A DNA stretch of 64,000 nt from an uncultured Methanosarcinales archaeon (GTDB lineage Archaea > Nanobdellota > Nanobdellia > Woesearchaeales > UBA11576), in NCBI GenBank assembly GCA_964572875.1, contig CAZNGE010000003.1:12377-76376 (forward strand). Reading direction: 5' to 3'. Within the stretch, counting starts at the first letter, position 1; every line of letters begins with the position of its first letter. Under the pieces are notes generated by a model. The model ran no database searches. It had not been told where the DNA came from and was given only the letters and a program-made list of their open reading frames with translations. Below are positions 9,460 to 18,435 of the stretch, one piece after another. Both the position numbers and the translations under genes were made by a program.

Positions 9460-9519
9460 GAAATCTTTTTTGTTTGAGTCTTTTTCTTTGTATCTCTCTA
9501 TCTTGTTATAAAAATAAAG

Positions 9520-9699
9520 TGGGGCTTCGAGGACCTTCGCATCAAGCGCTTTGCGTTTGACATTTCGAACCCCGGTTGGACGCATGTTGTAGCGCAGATA
9601 CAACGCCAACAGAGCGCAGCTCTGTGCTGCCCCAAGCGCCAGTGATAGTCGCCCCGGATGGGCTTGTACCGACATCCGTCCAAGCTACACTAAAGCCCC
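9520..9699 (-). tRNA. tRNA-Pro(GGG) with three introns (D-loop, anticodon loop, T-loop); boundaries approximate
   Basis: Minus-strand read: GGGGCTT-TA-GTGT-AGCTTGGAC[~31 nt]A-TCAC-T-GGCGC-TTGGGG[~45 nt]T-GCGTC-CAAC-CGGGG-TTCGA[~30 nt]GT-CCTCG-AAGCCCC-A. It has a 7-bp acceptor stem, 5-bp anticodon and T stems with one G-U each, U8, GG in the D loop, and a TTCGA T-loop. The exons sum to about 74 nt. Confidence 0.6.
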
Positions 9700-9779
9700 A
9701 CTTTGGCCTGACGGAAACTGCGCTAGTTCTTAAAATTTATCATTGTTCGGGGCATTTTTGAGTGTCTTTAGGTCCTTCC

Positions 9780-12257
9780 TCAGGAAACGACCCTGCTCAC
9801 ATGCTCATTCTTGTGGAGCCGTATCACGTTGTCCACAAAGCTCTCTATCTTGGACTCGTGTGAGACCAGGATGACCTGCTTTATGCTTATCTCGTCCAGC
9901 ACCGTCCGGACCTTGTCAAGCTGTTCTGATGAGAAGCCGTCTGTGGGCTCGTCGAGGATCAGGAGGTCCCGCGTCTTTATCGTGCTGATGATGTCATTTA
10001 TTACCTTGTTGAGCGCAAGACGGTAGGCCAATGCTATCGATGTCTTCTCGCCTCCGCTGAGATGCTCTATGCTGATGTCATGCCCGTTCTGCGTGACAAG
10101 CGGGGAGAAGGACTCGTCGATCCTGACAGATATGGTCTCGTCCTCTATCAGCAGGTTGAACCACGTCGAGAAGAGCTCGCTGAACCTGGTGTGCACGCGC
10201 GCCATTATCTGCTTCTCCATGGTAGTCATGAGGTTGATGAACATCCTCTCAAGCCATTCCTGCACAGAGCTGAGGTATGATATCCGCTCCAGCGCCTCCT
10301 GTTTCTGTGCGATGTCCCTGCTGAGCATCGAGATGTGGCTCTCTATGCCCTCAATCTCCTTGCCGATGCCCCCAATCCTGACTTCCAGCCTCTTCTCCTC
10401 GTCGGAGATGTCCTCGAACTCATGCTTCTTCCTGATGTATTCCTTCTCGACATGCAGGTTCTGCAATATCTGCTGGCTGAGGCCCATCCTGTCAGAGTTT
10501 ATCCTGCCCACCTCCTGCTTCAGCTGCTCCTGGTGCTTTCCGATGTCCTCCCTCCTTTTCTTCTTATCAGCCAGCAGTGCGAGGTTGTGCTTCTTCTCCT
10601 TCTGCTTCAGGGCGTAGCCGTTTATCCCCTTGAGCATGGCTTTCTTCTCGTCTAGCTCTCTGGCGAGCCTCTCTATCATCCTGTCGTCGAGCTTTCCGAG
10701 CTCCGACATGATGTCAATCCTCTGCCTGTCAAGCTCTGCGTGCTGCTTCCTGACAGACTCCAGCTCTTTCTTCATGGCCTCCAGGTTGGATATCTCCACT
10801 TTCATCGCGGCGAGCTTCCTCTCCTTGTCTATGATCGCGTCGAACCTGCTGTTGCTCTTCTTCAGCATCGCTGATATGCGGTTCCTCTCTCCTGTTATGT
10901 TGTCCAGCTCTACAGTGAGCTTCCTTATCTTCCGGTCCTCGTCGTCAATGATAGCCCTCTTGTGCACCTCGCTGACTTCCTGCCGGCATGTCGGGCACAG
11001 CTCAAGCGTGGCTATCTCGCCTTTCAGCCTCTCTGAATTGCTCCTGTTCGCCGACAGCTCCGTGATCACCCGCTGGGTCTCCTCAAGCTTCCTTGCTATC
11101 TCGTCGATGTTTCCTGCTATGATCTCCTTGTCCCTGACCTCATCGAGCAGCACCCTGTAAAGGACTTCCTTCTCTGCGGCCACCTCTGCCCTGCCTGTCT
11201 TCGCGTCTATCTCCTTCTCCAGCTCTGCGATGCGCTTCCTGACCTGACTGCTGCGCTCATTGAGTTCTGTCTTCCTCGACGACAATCCTGTCATCTCCTT
11301 CTGCCTGCGCTCAATGTCCTTCTCGACCTCTTCTGCAGGAGGGAAATGCCTCTCTTCCAGGAAAGTCTCCTCGAGCCTCCTGTTGAGCTGCTGGATCTCC
11401 GCATCGAGTATCTCAACGTCTGAGGCGTTCCTGCTGCGCACGCGCACTATCTCGCTGAGCCGGGCGTCAAACACCTCTACATCCTTCCTGAGACCATTCA
11501 GTATCCTTATGTTCTCCTCGATGCTGGCCAGGCCCTGCTTCGCTGAATCCTTCTTTTTCCTTACTGCATCAAGCGAGGGGAGCAGGACCTTCTTCTCATC
11601 CTGCTTTGCGGCAAGGTCTTTTTTCCTCTGGTCCCTCTCTTTCTTCTTCCCATCGATGCCCTGAGCTACACCTGCAAGCTCTTTCTTCTCCTCTTTCATG
11701 CTCCTTATATAGACCGCGGCGTTCTCTGCGATGCGCTTGTAGCGGTCTATGCCGAACACCTTCCTCAATGTGTCTATGCGGAGCTCATCAGGCTCCATTA
11801 TGATGTTCTTCATCTCCTCCTGCGGGGTGTAGACCGTATATCTATATACGAGGGATTTCGATTTCGTGAGCAGCTCCTTGGGATAGCCGAGAAGATCCAG
11901 CATGCGGGCCTTCAGCTCGGTCGCAGTGCCGTCAATCCTCCTGTTGTTTATGGAGATGAACCCTGCGTCCTGGGTGACAGAGCCCTGCTGCCGCTTAAGC
12001 TTCCGCCTTATCGTGACCTCATCCTTTCCAAGGCTGAATGACAGCTCCACCTCGCCTTCCTTCTCCCCTTTCCTCAGCAGCGCCTCCCCTGAGATGGAGT
12101 CCCTTCTCGCTCCGAAGAGGGCGAACTCTATAGAATGCAATATTGATGATTTGCCGCTGCCGATATCCCCTGCCAAGAGAGTAGAACCTTCAGGGAAGTC
12201 TATCCTCTGGTCATGATAGCTTCTTATGTTCCGGAGGGCGATTGACTTGAGAATCAT
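9780..12257 (-). CDS. rad50: DNA double-strand break repair ATPase Rad50
   Basis: Walker A GDIGSGKSS. A long central coiled coil carries the CPTC zinc hook (LELCPTCRQEV). ABC signature LSGGEKTSIALAYRLAL and Walker B LLILDEPTDGF. Confidence 0.88.
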   Translation of the reverse strand: MILKSIALRNIRSYHDQRIDFPEGSTLLAGDIGSGKSSILHSIEFALFGARRDSISGEALLRKGEKEGEVELSFSLGKDEVTIRRKLKRQQGSVTQDAGFISINNRRIDGTATELKARMLDLLGYPKELLTKSKSLVYRYTVYTPQEEMKNIIMEPDELRIDTLRKVFGIDRYKRIAENAAVYIRSMKEEKKELAGVAQGIDGKKKERDQRKKDLAAKQDEKKVLLPSLDAVRKKKDSAKQGLASIEENIRILNGLRKDVEVFDARLSEIVRVRSRNASDVEILDAEIQQLNRRLEETFLEERHFPPAEEVEKDIERRQKEMTGLSSRKTELNERSSQVRKRIAELEKEIDAKTGRAEVAAEKEVLYRVLLDEVRDKEIIAGNIDEIARKLEETQRVITELSANRSNSERLKGEIATLELCPTCRQEVSEVHKRAIIDDEDRKIRKLTVELDNITGERNRISAMLKKSNSRFDAIIDKERKLAAMKVEISNLEAMKKELESVRKQHAELDRQRIDIMSELGKLDDRMIERLARELDEKKAMLKGINGYALKQKEKKHNLALLADKKKRREDIGKHQEQLKQEVGRINSDRMGLSQQILQNLHVEKEYIRKKHEFEDISDEEKRLEVRIGGIGKEIEGIESHISMLSRDIAQKQEALERISYLSSVQEWLERMFINLMTTMEKQIMARVHTRFSELFSTWFNLLIEDETISVRIDESFSPLVTQNGHDISIEHLSGGEKTSIALAYRLALNKVINDIISTIKTRDLLILDEPTDGFSSEQLDKVRTVLDEISIKQVILVSHESKIESFVDNVIRLHKNEHVSRVVS

Positions 12258-12308
12258 GAGCGGCGGAAAAGTGAGGGAGGTATAAATAAATTGTCAATGC
12301 TTTTAAAC

Positions 12309-12458
12309 GCAGCTCCACGCTGCTAGACTGAGTTTAGGCTGCAATCTGATTTATTCACTAACCGTGCTTACGGCTTGCGCAATATGCGTAAGTTGGTGGT
12401 CAAGTGCAGCCCATTGTTTATTCATGTCCTGAGGACACGCAAAGAGCGGTGGAGCTGC
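12309..12458. repeat. intergenic structured hairpin element, divergent family copy C
   Basis: A perfect 10-bp closing stem, GCAGCTCCAC (12309-12318) with GTGGAGCTGC (12449-12458). GCCCA at 12409 and CCTGAGGAC sit at positions similar to copies A and B relative to the 3' strand. Confidence 0.4.
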
Positions 12459-12616
12459 TTGTTTTATTTTACTATAGGTTTGAGACAACGATACATAGTC
12501 TCCTTTTTGGGACGAATGAAATACGGTTTTCACTACCGCAAAATTTATATACAAATACTCTATTCACGAATGATAACTATTTACGATAATCTTAAACGAG
12601 GTACTGAGGTGGTAAG

Positions 12617-13486
12617 ATGAGTAGGAAGCACATAGTTTGTTTGGCAATTCTAGGAATTCTAATCATGGCATTGTCAATGTTCGGATGCCAGGGTTACGAG
12701 GCACCGAAATACAAGTCACCGGACGATTCTGGTGACGCGGCAAATCCCGAGGAAGTCAATATCGACGTCAGCGACATAGGGAATGAAACACCTGCAGAAG
12801 AGGACAACTGGTGGTCAGATTCTGAGACGACTGGAGGAGATGAAGGCAATGTACCTGTTGTCGAGCCAACGGCCACAGTCAAGTCCTACAAGCCAAAGGC
12901 ATATGAGCCTGCAGTGGTAGATGAAGGGGCTGCGGCAGAAGGCGATGATTTCGCGAAGTCACCGTACAGGCAGGTTGTCGAGGATGACCTCCCAACACTC
13001 ACAGTCACAGAGGGAGACCTTGTGAAGCTAAACGTCAAGGCTACGGATGCTGACGGCGACACCCTTCAATACACATTCACTGCGCCTCTCAACTCAGAGG
13101 GCAAGTGGCAGACAAGGGCAGGCGACGAAGGCGCGTACTATCCTGAGGTAACAGTCTCTGACGGCAAGACAGAGGTCGTGAAGACAGTCAAGATCGTGGT
13201 TGAGCCCAAGAACAACAAGCCTGTGCTGCAGTTCATCCCGAACATCGAGGTCAACGAGGGCGATACCGTGAGCCTGAGGCCCACGGCCACAGACGCGGAC
13301 GGCGACAAGCTCACGTACAGCTATTCCGGCTGGATGACCGAGAGCAGCAAGGTGACCGGCTATAACGACCAGGGTGAGCACGTGGTGGTCGTGTCAGTCA
13401 CAGACGGCATCTCGACAGTGTCACAGGAAGTCACTGTGAACGTCAAGGACGTCAACAGGGCTCCGGAAGTCGAGATAGAGTTCTAA
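12617..13486 (+). CDS. secreted protein with two cadherin-like / Ig-like repeats
   Basis: Signal peptide with Cys (LIMALSMFGCQG). Repeated LKVKATDADGDTLQYTF and LRPTATDADGDKLTYSYSGW motifs are typical of cadherin-like beta-sandwich repeats. Confidence 0.65.
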   Translation: MSRKHIVCLAILGILIMALSMFGCQGYEAPKYKSPDDSGDAANPEEVNIDVSDIGNETPAEEDNWWSDSETTGGDEGNVPVVEPTATVKSYKPKAYEPAVVDEGAAAEGDDFAKSPYRQVVEDDLPTLTVTEGDLVKLNVKATDADGDTLQYTFTAPLNSEGKWQTRAGDEGAYYPEVTVSDGKTEVVKTVKIVVEPKNNKPVLQFIPNIEVNEGDTVSLRPTATDADGDKLTYSYSGWMTESSKVTGYNDQGEHVVVVSVTDGISTVSQEVTVNVKDVNRAPEVEIEF

Positions 13487-13515
13487 TTTTTTCCTTTATT
13501 TTTTTCCTTTCTTTT
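13487..13515 (+). terminator. oligo-T terminator tract
   Basis: TTTTTTCCTTTATTTTTTTCCTTTCTTTT follows the stop codon directly. Confidence 0.5.
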
Positions 13516-13644
13516 AACCCTGCATGTGTTTCCTGTTATCGTTACATCACATAGTTTAAAAGATATAAAAAGCAAAAAAACATAGGTTTATAAATCGGTT
13601 TTACAAAGTATTTCACAATCAGTTTCAAGAAAGAGGTTGGCAAA

Positions 13645-14418
13645 ATGGAAGATGATGATTACACCACTTCGGAAAAGGATGATTCTTCTTTTGTAAAGAA
13701 AGTCGTTAGTGACATGGTAGAGAGCAGCAAAGAGACAGAGAGTTCTGCGAAGCCAAAGAACTTCGGTAAGCTCGTGCCCGCGCTGATCGAGAAGGGCATA
13801 GAGTCCGTGAACCTCTCCATGTTCGATGATGATACGAGGGAACAGCTGCTCAACGAGGTCGGAGACGAGTGCCTGCGAAAAGGTAAGATCAACGAGGCGA
13901 TAAAGGCATTCATGTTCATAGGGAACAAGTCAAAGCTCTCGAAGATAGGCAGCAGCTACGAGAACATAGGCCTGTTCTCAGAGGCGGTCGACATGTACGT
14001 GCTCGCAGAGGACAAGCCCAAGCTCGCGGAGCTCGGCGACAAATGCCTGAAGGAGAGCAAGTTCGTGGATGCGATAAAGGCGTTCAAGGCAGTGAATGAA
14101 AGGCAGAAGCTCCTGACAGTCGGTGACGAGTGCATGAAGAGGGAGAAATGGGACTCTGCGCTCGAGATATTCTCGTTCCTCGACAGCAAGGAGAAGCTCG
14201 TGGAGCTCGGTGACAGGTGCTTCAAGCACCCGTTCTTCAACTACGCGGCGAAAGCGTACCAGCTGGCAGGCGACCCTGAGAAGCTGACAAAGCTCGGTGA
14301 CGAGTGCATAAGGCAGGGCCTGGTCAAGACAGCCTACGACATCTATGTCTCTGCAGGCAACGATACCATGGCGCACTTCATACGCGAGAACTTCATGGGC
14401 AAGGAAAGCCAGAAGTAA
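13645..14418 (+). CDS. helical-repeat protein (six ~29-30 aa GDxC repeats)
   Basis: Repeats of the form KL..LGD.C(L/M/I)K......A(I/L)KA(F/Y), for example LAELGDKCLKESKFVDAIKAFKAV, LLTVGDECMKREKWDSALEIFSFL and LTKLGDECIRQGLVKTAYDIYVSAG. Confidence 0.6.
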   Translation: MEDDDYTTSEKDDSSFVKKVVSDMVESSKETESSAKPKNFGKLVPALIEKGIESVNLSMFDDDTREQLLNEVGDECLRKGKINEAIKAFMFIGNKSKLSKIGSSYENIGLFSEAVDMYVLAEDKPKLAELGDKCLKESKFVDAIKAFKAVNERQKLLTVGDECMKREKWDSALEIFSFLDSKEKLVELGDRCFKHPFFNYAAKAYQLAGDPEKLTKLGDECIRQGLVKTAYDIYVSAGNDTMAHFIRENFMGKESQK

Positions 14419-14514
14419 ATATTTTCATTTTGAATTCATTCTTATATGCCATAATATCAATAGTGTTTTTCACAGAGAATTCCGAAAAATGACCGTCACT
14501 TCCCGTCTTGCTGC

Positions 14515-15345
14515 TCAGCGCTGCATCGCCCTGAGACGCCTCAGGCAGACGCACATCTCATAGCCCTGGTCCTCGCCCTGCTCTACGGAATCGAGATATA
14601 TGCGGTTCTTAGGGTGGATCTTCTTCACGAAGTGACAGTCGCCCTTGTGCATCTTCGTGGATCCGTTGGACGCGATTATCCTGTCAGGCGACTCAAGCTC
14701 ATATTCTTCCCTTCTCTGCCTGTCGTCCTCCTCTTCATCGGGTCCCTCTGCGGTCTCTTCCGGCTCTTCGTCCTCACCTTCTACTGCCTCTTCATCCGGG
14801 ACCTCATCTATGACCTCATCGATGCCTTTCGGCTCTGTCTCTTCAGCAGGCCCTTCCTCGTCTACCCCTTCCCCCTCATATGGCGGGATGACCTCTGCCT
14901 CTACCTCCTCTGGCTCCTGCTCTTCCTTCTCCCCGGCCTCTTCCCTGAGCTCCTGCCTCTCTTTCTCTGAGAATTCCCTGAACACGCGGTCCTTCAGCTC
15001 CCTGCGTCTCTTCTCGAGCTCTTCGCGCTCCTCTTCAGTCAGCCTTGTCTTCCTCACGCCGCCGACCCTGCGGCCGAACTCGCTGTCGATGATGTCCTTC
15101 CTGTCGAACAGGAGATTGCATTCCTCGCAGAGATACCTGAAATGGTCATTGCCCTTGACGTCACTGCCGCAGATAGGACAGCCATCCGATATCTGGAATA
15201 TGAAATGCTTCTCGAACTCGGTCGGCCCTGTATCTCCCTCTTCAATGTCATTCTCATCAAGGTCCTTGAAGTCAGCGAAGTCTATGATCTCGTCCTCGTT
15301 GAGGCCGAGCTCTTCAAGCTCTTTCTTCTTTTTCTTCCTGAACAT
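14515..15345 (-). CDS. acidic protein with zinc ribbon and C-terminal Ada-like metal-binding motif
   Basis: CPICGSDVKGNDHFRYLCEECN is a zinc ribbon. A long Glu/Asp-rich linker follows. The C-terminal MHKGDCHFVKKIHPKNRIYLDSVEQGEDQGYEMCVCL resembles the Ada-type Zn-binding domain. Confidence 0.55.
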   Translation of the reverse strand: MFRKKKKKELEELGLNEDEIIDFADFKDLDENDIEEGDTGPTEFEKHFIFQISDGCPICGSDVKGNDHFRYLCEECNLLFDRKDIIDSEFGRRVGGVRKTRLTEEEREELEKRRRELKDRVFREFSEKERQELREEAGEKEEQEPEEVEAEVIPPYEGEGVDEEGPAEETEPKGIDEVIDEVPDEEAVEGEDEEPEETAEGPDEEEDDRQRREEYELESPDRIIASNGSTKMHKGDCHFVKKIHPKNRIYLDSVEQGEDQGYEMCVCLRRLRAMQR

Positions 15346-16809
15346 CTACTTATTCTCCCTGGCCGGCTCCTTGTAGCCGCCTTTCTTGTTCTTCAGGTCC
15401 CTGCCCTTGGCAGGCTCAGGCCTGTCTTTCCTGGCTTTAAATTTTTCTTTTCCGGGCCTGTTCTCCTGCCCTTTCCTGCCTTCCTTCTTCCATATCAGGC
15501 CTGCGACGCGCGACATGAACCCCTCCTCCTTGTCGAATCCCTCCAGTATCGGGATGAGTTCCTCGTCGAGAACCTCTGAAGAGTAGAACCTCTGGAGCAG
15601 CCTGAAGTTATGGGCTACATCCGCCTTCCTCTTCCTGCCGTCCATGATGAGCTGGTACGTGTCAGAGACTGTCTCAGGCGTGACCTTGCTGTCTGTCACG
15701 ACGAACCTGAACCCCTTCTCAAGGAACCCGTCGAGGTTCGGGAAGCGGTTCACTACCAATGGCTTCCTGTAAGCTACAGCCTCTATCACGGGGTTGCCGA
15801 AGGCATCGCCTGTGTTAGGGTAGAGCACCACATCTGCGTGCAGGTACGCGTCATGTATCGAAAAGAACTTCTTCTCAGGGTTCTGGTGCCTTCCGAGGAA
15901 GATGCTGTTGTTCGCGAAAACGACCCTGACGCCCTGCTTGTCGGTCTTCCTGACCACTTCCTCAAAGTAATTCCCCCTTGAGTATACCGGGGAGCCTGTT
16001 ATCATCAGGACATTGTCCTTCTTCATGATATCATTCAGCTCTGAGATGAGCTTTATCGATTTTTCCACAGACTTGTTCCTCTTCACCCTTGTCGGCTGGA
16101 GGAAGATGAGCTGGTCATCTGCTATGCCGAAGGCCTTCCTGAAACCACTGTTGTACTCGTCAAGCTTCTGCAGCTTCATGAGGTCGATCGTGTTAGGTAT
16201 TATCCTTGACGGCAGCTGCCTGTTCTCGCCAAGCTGCTTCCTTGCACTGTCTGTGTTGGTGATGTAGACTATGTTCTTCGCCTTAGGAGGCACTTCAGAC
16301 GTTATCTTCGGGAAGTTGTCGAACCTCGTGAAGTAAGGGTTCTCCCATGGCATGTAATGATGCCTGCTTATGGTGGGCAGGCTGAGCTCGCGCACTATCT
16401 GCTTCATCGCGATGTTCAGGGGCAGGTTCTTCATCGAGCCCAATACATCCTCTATGCTGAGGACCTGTATCCTGTTCTGGACGAGATAGTTCTTGAGAGG
16501 ACCCTTAATGCGCTTGACCATGCTGTTCGTCAGGATCTCTGCAGCCTTCTTCCCGTCCTTGTCAAGCTTCGAGCCGAACATTATGCGCTTTATCCCCCTT
16601 ACCTCAGGGTGCTTGTAGTCCATCTCAGGAAGCTCGAACCTGGGCAGGTCTGTGGGCTCGCCGAACTTTCCTGCTATAAGGTGCACCTCATAGCCCAGCC
16701 CGACGTACTTGTCTATCCATTTCTCAGCCTCCACGCTTATGGCATCCACACACTTGAGCCTCGAGGCGATGACGGCAAGCCTTTTCCTGTTCATAGTAGA
16801 ATATCCCAT
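15346..16809 (-). CDS. GT-B fold (GT4-like) glycosyltransferase with basic C-terminal tail
   Basis: HADVVLYPNTGDAFGNPVIEAVAYRKPLVVNRF resembles the GT4 E-x7-E region. The Lys/Arg-rich tail is KKEGRKGQENRPGKEKFKARKDRPEPAKGRDLKNKKGG. Confidence 0.55.
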   Translation of the reverse strand: MGYSTMNRKRLAVIASRLKCVDAISVEAEKWIDKYVGLGYEVHLIAGKFGEPTDLPRFELPEMDYKHPEVRGIKRIMFGSKLDKDGKKAAEILTNSMVKRIKGPLKNYLVQNRIQVLSIEDVLGSMKNLPLNIAMKQIVRELSLPTISRHHYMPWENPYFTRFDNFPKITSEVPPKAKNIVYITNTDSARKQLGENRQLPSRIIPNTIDLMKLQKLDEYNSGFRKAFGIADDQLIFLQPTRVKRNKSVEKSIKLISELNDIMKKDNVLMITGSPVYSRGNYFEEVVRKTDKQGVRVVFANNSIFLGRHQNPEKKFFSIHDAYLHADVVLYPNTGDAFGNPVIEAVAYRKPLVVNRFPNLDGFLEKGFRFVVTDSKVTPETVSDTYQLIMDGRKRKADVAHNFRLLQRFYSSEVLDEELIPILEGFDKEEGFMSRVAGLIWKKEGRKGQENRPGKEKFKARKDRPEPAKGRDLKNKKGGYKEPARENK

Positions 16810-16957
16810 ATCAGTATTATCTGCTCTTGAAAGAGGGACTGTTTAAAAAGCTTTTTCCAACACCTTTATAAATGACCTATTTATCTCCTGAGATAGCCAA
16901 AGATGTGGGCGATGGCTTGCCTGAATTTGGCTGAAACAGATGATATAATGGAGGCCG

Positions 16958-17542
16958 ATGGAAATGGGATACTTAAAGTATGTAAGGAAGGCTTGGAAAA
17001 AGCCCCAGGAAAGCAATCCAGAACTCTGGAGGGCACGACTTCTTCAATGGCGAAGAGAGCCAGTCACTGTAAGGCTCGACAGGCCGACAAGGATTGACAG
17101 GGCCAGGTCGCTCGGCTACAAGGCAAAGAAAGGCTTTGTGATAGTGCGGCAGAGGGTGCAGCGCGGAGGCCGCATGCGCGAGAAGTTCAAGTCAGGCAGA
17201 AGGTCCAAGACACGGAGAAGGGTCAAGATTGTAGGCATGAACTACCAGCAGGTCGCAGAGCAGAGGGCAGTGAAGAAATACACCAATTGCGAGGTGCTTA
17301 ACTCATACTGGGTCTGCCAGGATGGCAGGTACGCATGGTATGAAGTGATACTTGTCGAGCGCGACGCGCCGGAACTGCTCAAGGACAGGCAGCTCAGCTG
17401 GGTCGGAAAGACAGAGCACAAAGGAAGGGTGTTCCGCGGACTGACCAGCGCAGGCAGGAAGTCACGAGGCCTCAGGCGCAAGGGCAAAGGCGCAGAGAAG
17501 GTAAGGCCTGGCCAGAGAGCCAAGAAAAGGCTGATGAAATGA
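16958..17542 (+). CDS. rpl15e: 50S ribosomal protein L15e
   Basis: GYLKYVRKAWKKP...LWRARLLQWRREPVTVRLDRPTRIDRARSLGYKAKKGFVIVRQRVQRGG is the L15e signature region. GGAGG lies upstream. The start could instead be the ATG at 16964. Confidence 0.92.
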   Translation: MEMGYLKYVRKAWKKPQESNPELWRARLLQWRREPVTVRLDRPTRIDRARSLGYKAKKGFVIVRQRVQRGGRMREKFKSGRRSKTRRRVKIVGMNYQQVAEQRAVKKYTNCEVLNSYWVCQDGRYAWYEVILVERDAPELLKDRQLSWVGKTEHKGRVFRGLTSAGRKSRGLRRKGKGAEKVRPGQRAKKRLMK

Positions 17543-17576
17543 ACATATCTGTTTTTTCTTTTTTCTCTTTTTCTTT

Positions 17577-18128
17577 TCAATACCTTGCTAAGATGCACAT
17601 CTTCCTGTAATCTGAAAACAAAGGCTGGTTCGGTGCTGTATTAGGGACCCTCTTGTTCCTGAACATCAGCCTGAAGCTAATGGGCATCCTGAAGAGCTTC
17701 TTCTCAAGCGCGGACTCATAATCCCCAAAAAACAAGGTCATGCGCTCATCCTTTGCGCGGATCTCAAGATATGCCTCGTTCTTCCTGGAGCTTGCTGTGG
17801 AAAGGAACAAGACATCAGAGACAGGGCGGTCAAGGCCTGCATCAATGACCTGCCCGTATACATATGAGATGGTCCTCACATCATCCTGAGTAACGCCAGG
17901 TATCTTGCCTATCTGTTTCAGCCCCCTTGCATAGAATCGTGCAAGAGCCGCTATCGAGCGTATCCTATCCCTGTCATACATGGCATTCACGGCATCATCA
18001 AGTAACTGCCCTGACCTTTTGATAACCTTCTTGATCTCTGCTTTGGCCTTCTTGTATTCTGGTTTCCTGTCCTTGAATGAGACATTGATGTGGGTCATCA
18101 GGGCTGCATATTTGTTGAGGTCTTTCAT
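17577..18128 (-). CDS. hypothetical protein
   Basis: 183-aa ORF, convergent with rpl15e and separated from it by a shared T-rich tract. No family recognised. Confidence 0.6.
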   Translation of the reverse strand: MKDLNKYAALMTHINVSFKDRKPEYKKAKAEIKKVIKRSGQLLDDAVNAMYDRDRIRSIAALARFYARGLKQIGKIPGVTQDDVRTISYVYGQVIDAGLDRPVSDVLFLSTASSRKNEAYLEIRAKDERMTLFFGDYESALEKKLFRMPISFRLMFRNKRVPNTAPNQPLFSDYRKMCILARY

Positions 18129-18260
18129 GGTCGTATAAATTATTACTATTTAGTGGTATATAAATTTTTTGCAGTAAAAACTTCACAAAGTTTAAATATC
18201 GGATGGAAAAGTTTAAGATGTAGGAAGACAGTAACATAACAGTACACTAGAGGTGATGAC

Positions 18261-18419
18261 ATGAAGTACAAATGCAATGACTGCAAGTACAAGTTCTCCC
18301 CAAAGACCGACAGGACCCCTAACAGATGCCCTTTCTGCTCTTCACACTCTATCCAGCCTGAAGAGACTGCGCAGGAACTGATCAACTCTGTGGGAAAGAG
18401 ACAGATACCAGACCAGTGA
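18261..18419 (+). CDS. small zinc-ribbon protein (52 aa)
   Basis: ATG at 18261 after AGGTGAT, below the ORF-track cutoff. MKYKCNDCKYKFSPKTDRTPNRCPFCSSHSIQPEE... has CxxC...CxxC. Confidence 0.5.
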   Translation: MKYKCNDCKYKFSPKTDRTPNRCPFCSSHSIQPEETAQELINSVGKRQIPDQ

Positions 18420-18435
18420 TAAAGAGGTCATACCT

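Noticed and set aside
9364-9761. Three overlapping ORFs (9364..9675 -, 9498..9683 -, 9576..9761 +)
   Set aside because: They cover the intron-containing tRNA-Pro locus, have no RBS and are Arg/Cys/Ala-rich translations of GC-rich structured sequence.
10069-11664. Long plus-strand ORFs antisense to rad50 (182, 176 and 134 aa)
   Set aside because: They are Ser/Leu/Phe-rich shadow frames of a purine-rich (Glu/Lys) coding strand. rad50 has unambiguous motifs on the minus strand.
12351-12620. Three 61-81 aa ORFs between rad50 and the 12617 gene
   Set aside because: They have no RBS, overlap each other and the hairpin element C, and have no recognisable sequence features.
14645-15376. 243-aa Ser-rich plus-strand ORF
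   Set aside because: It is the antisense translation of the Glu/Asp-rich gene at 14515..15345 (GAA/GAG read as TTC/CTC and Ser codons). The sense gene has zinc-ribbon and Ada-like motifs.
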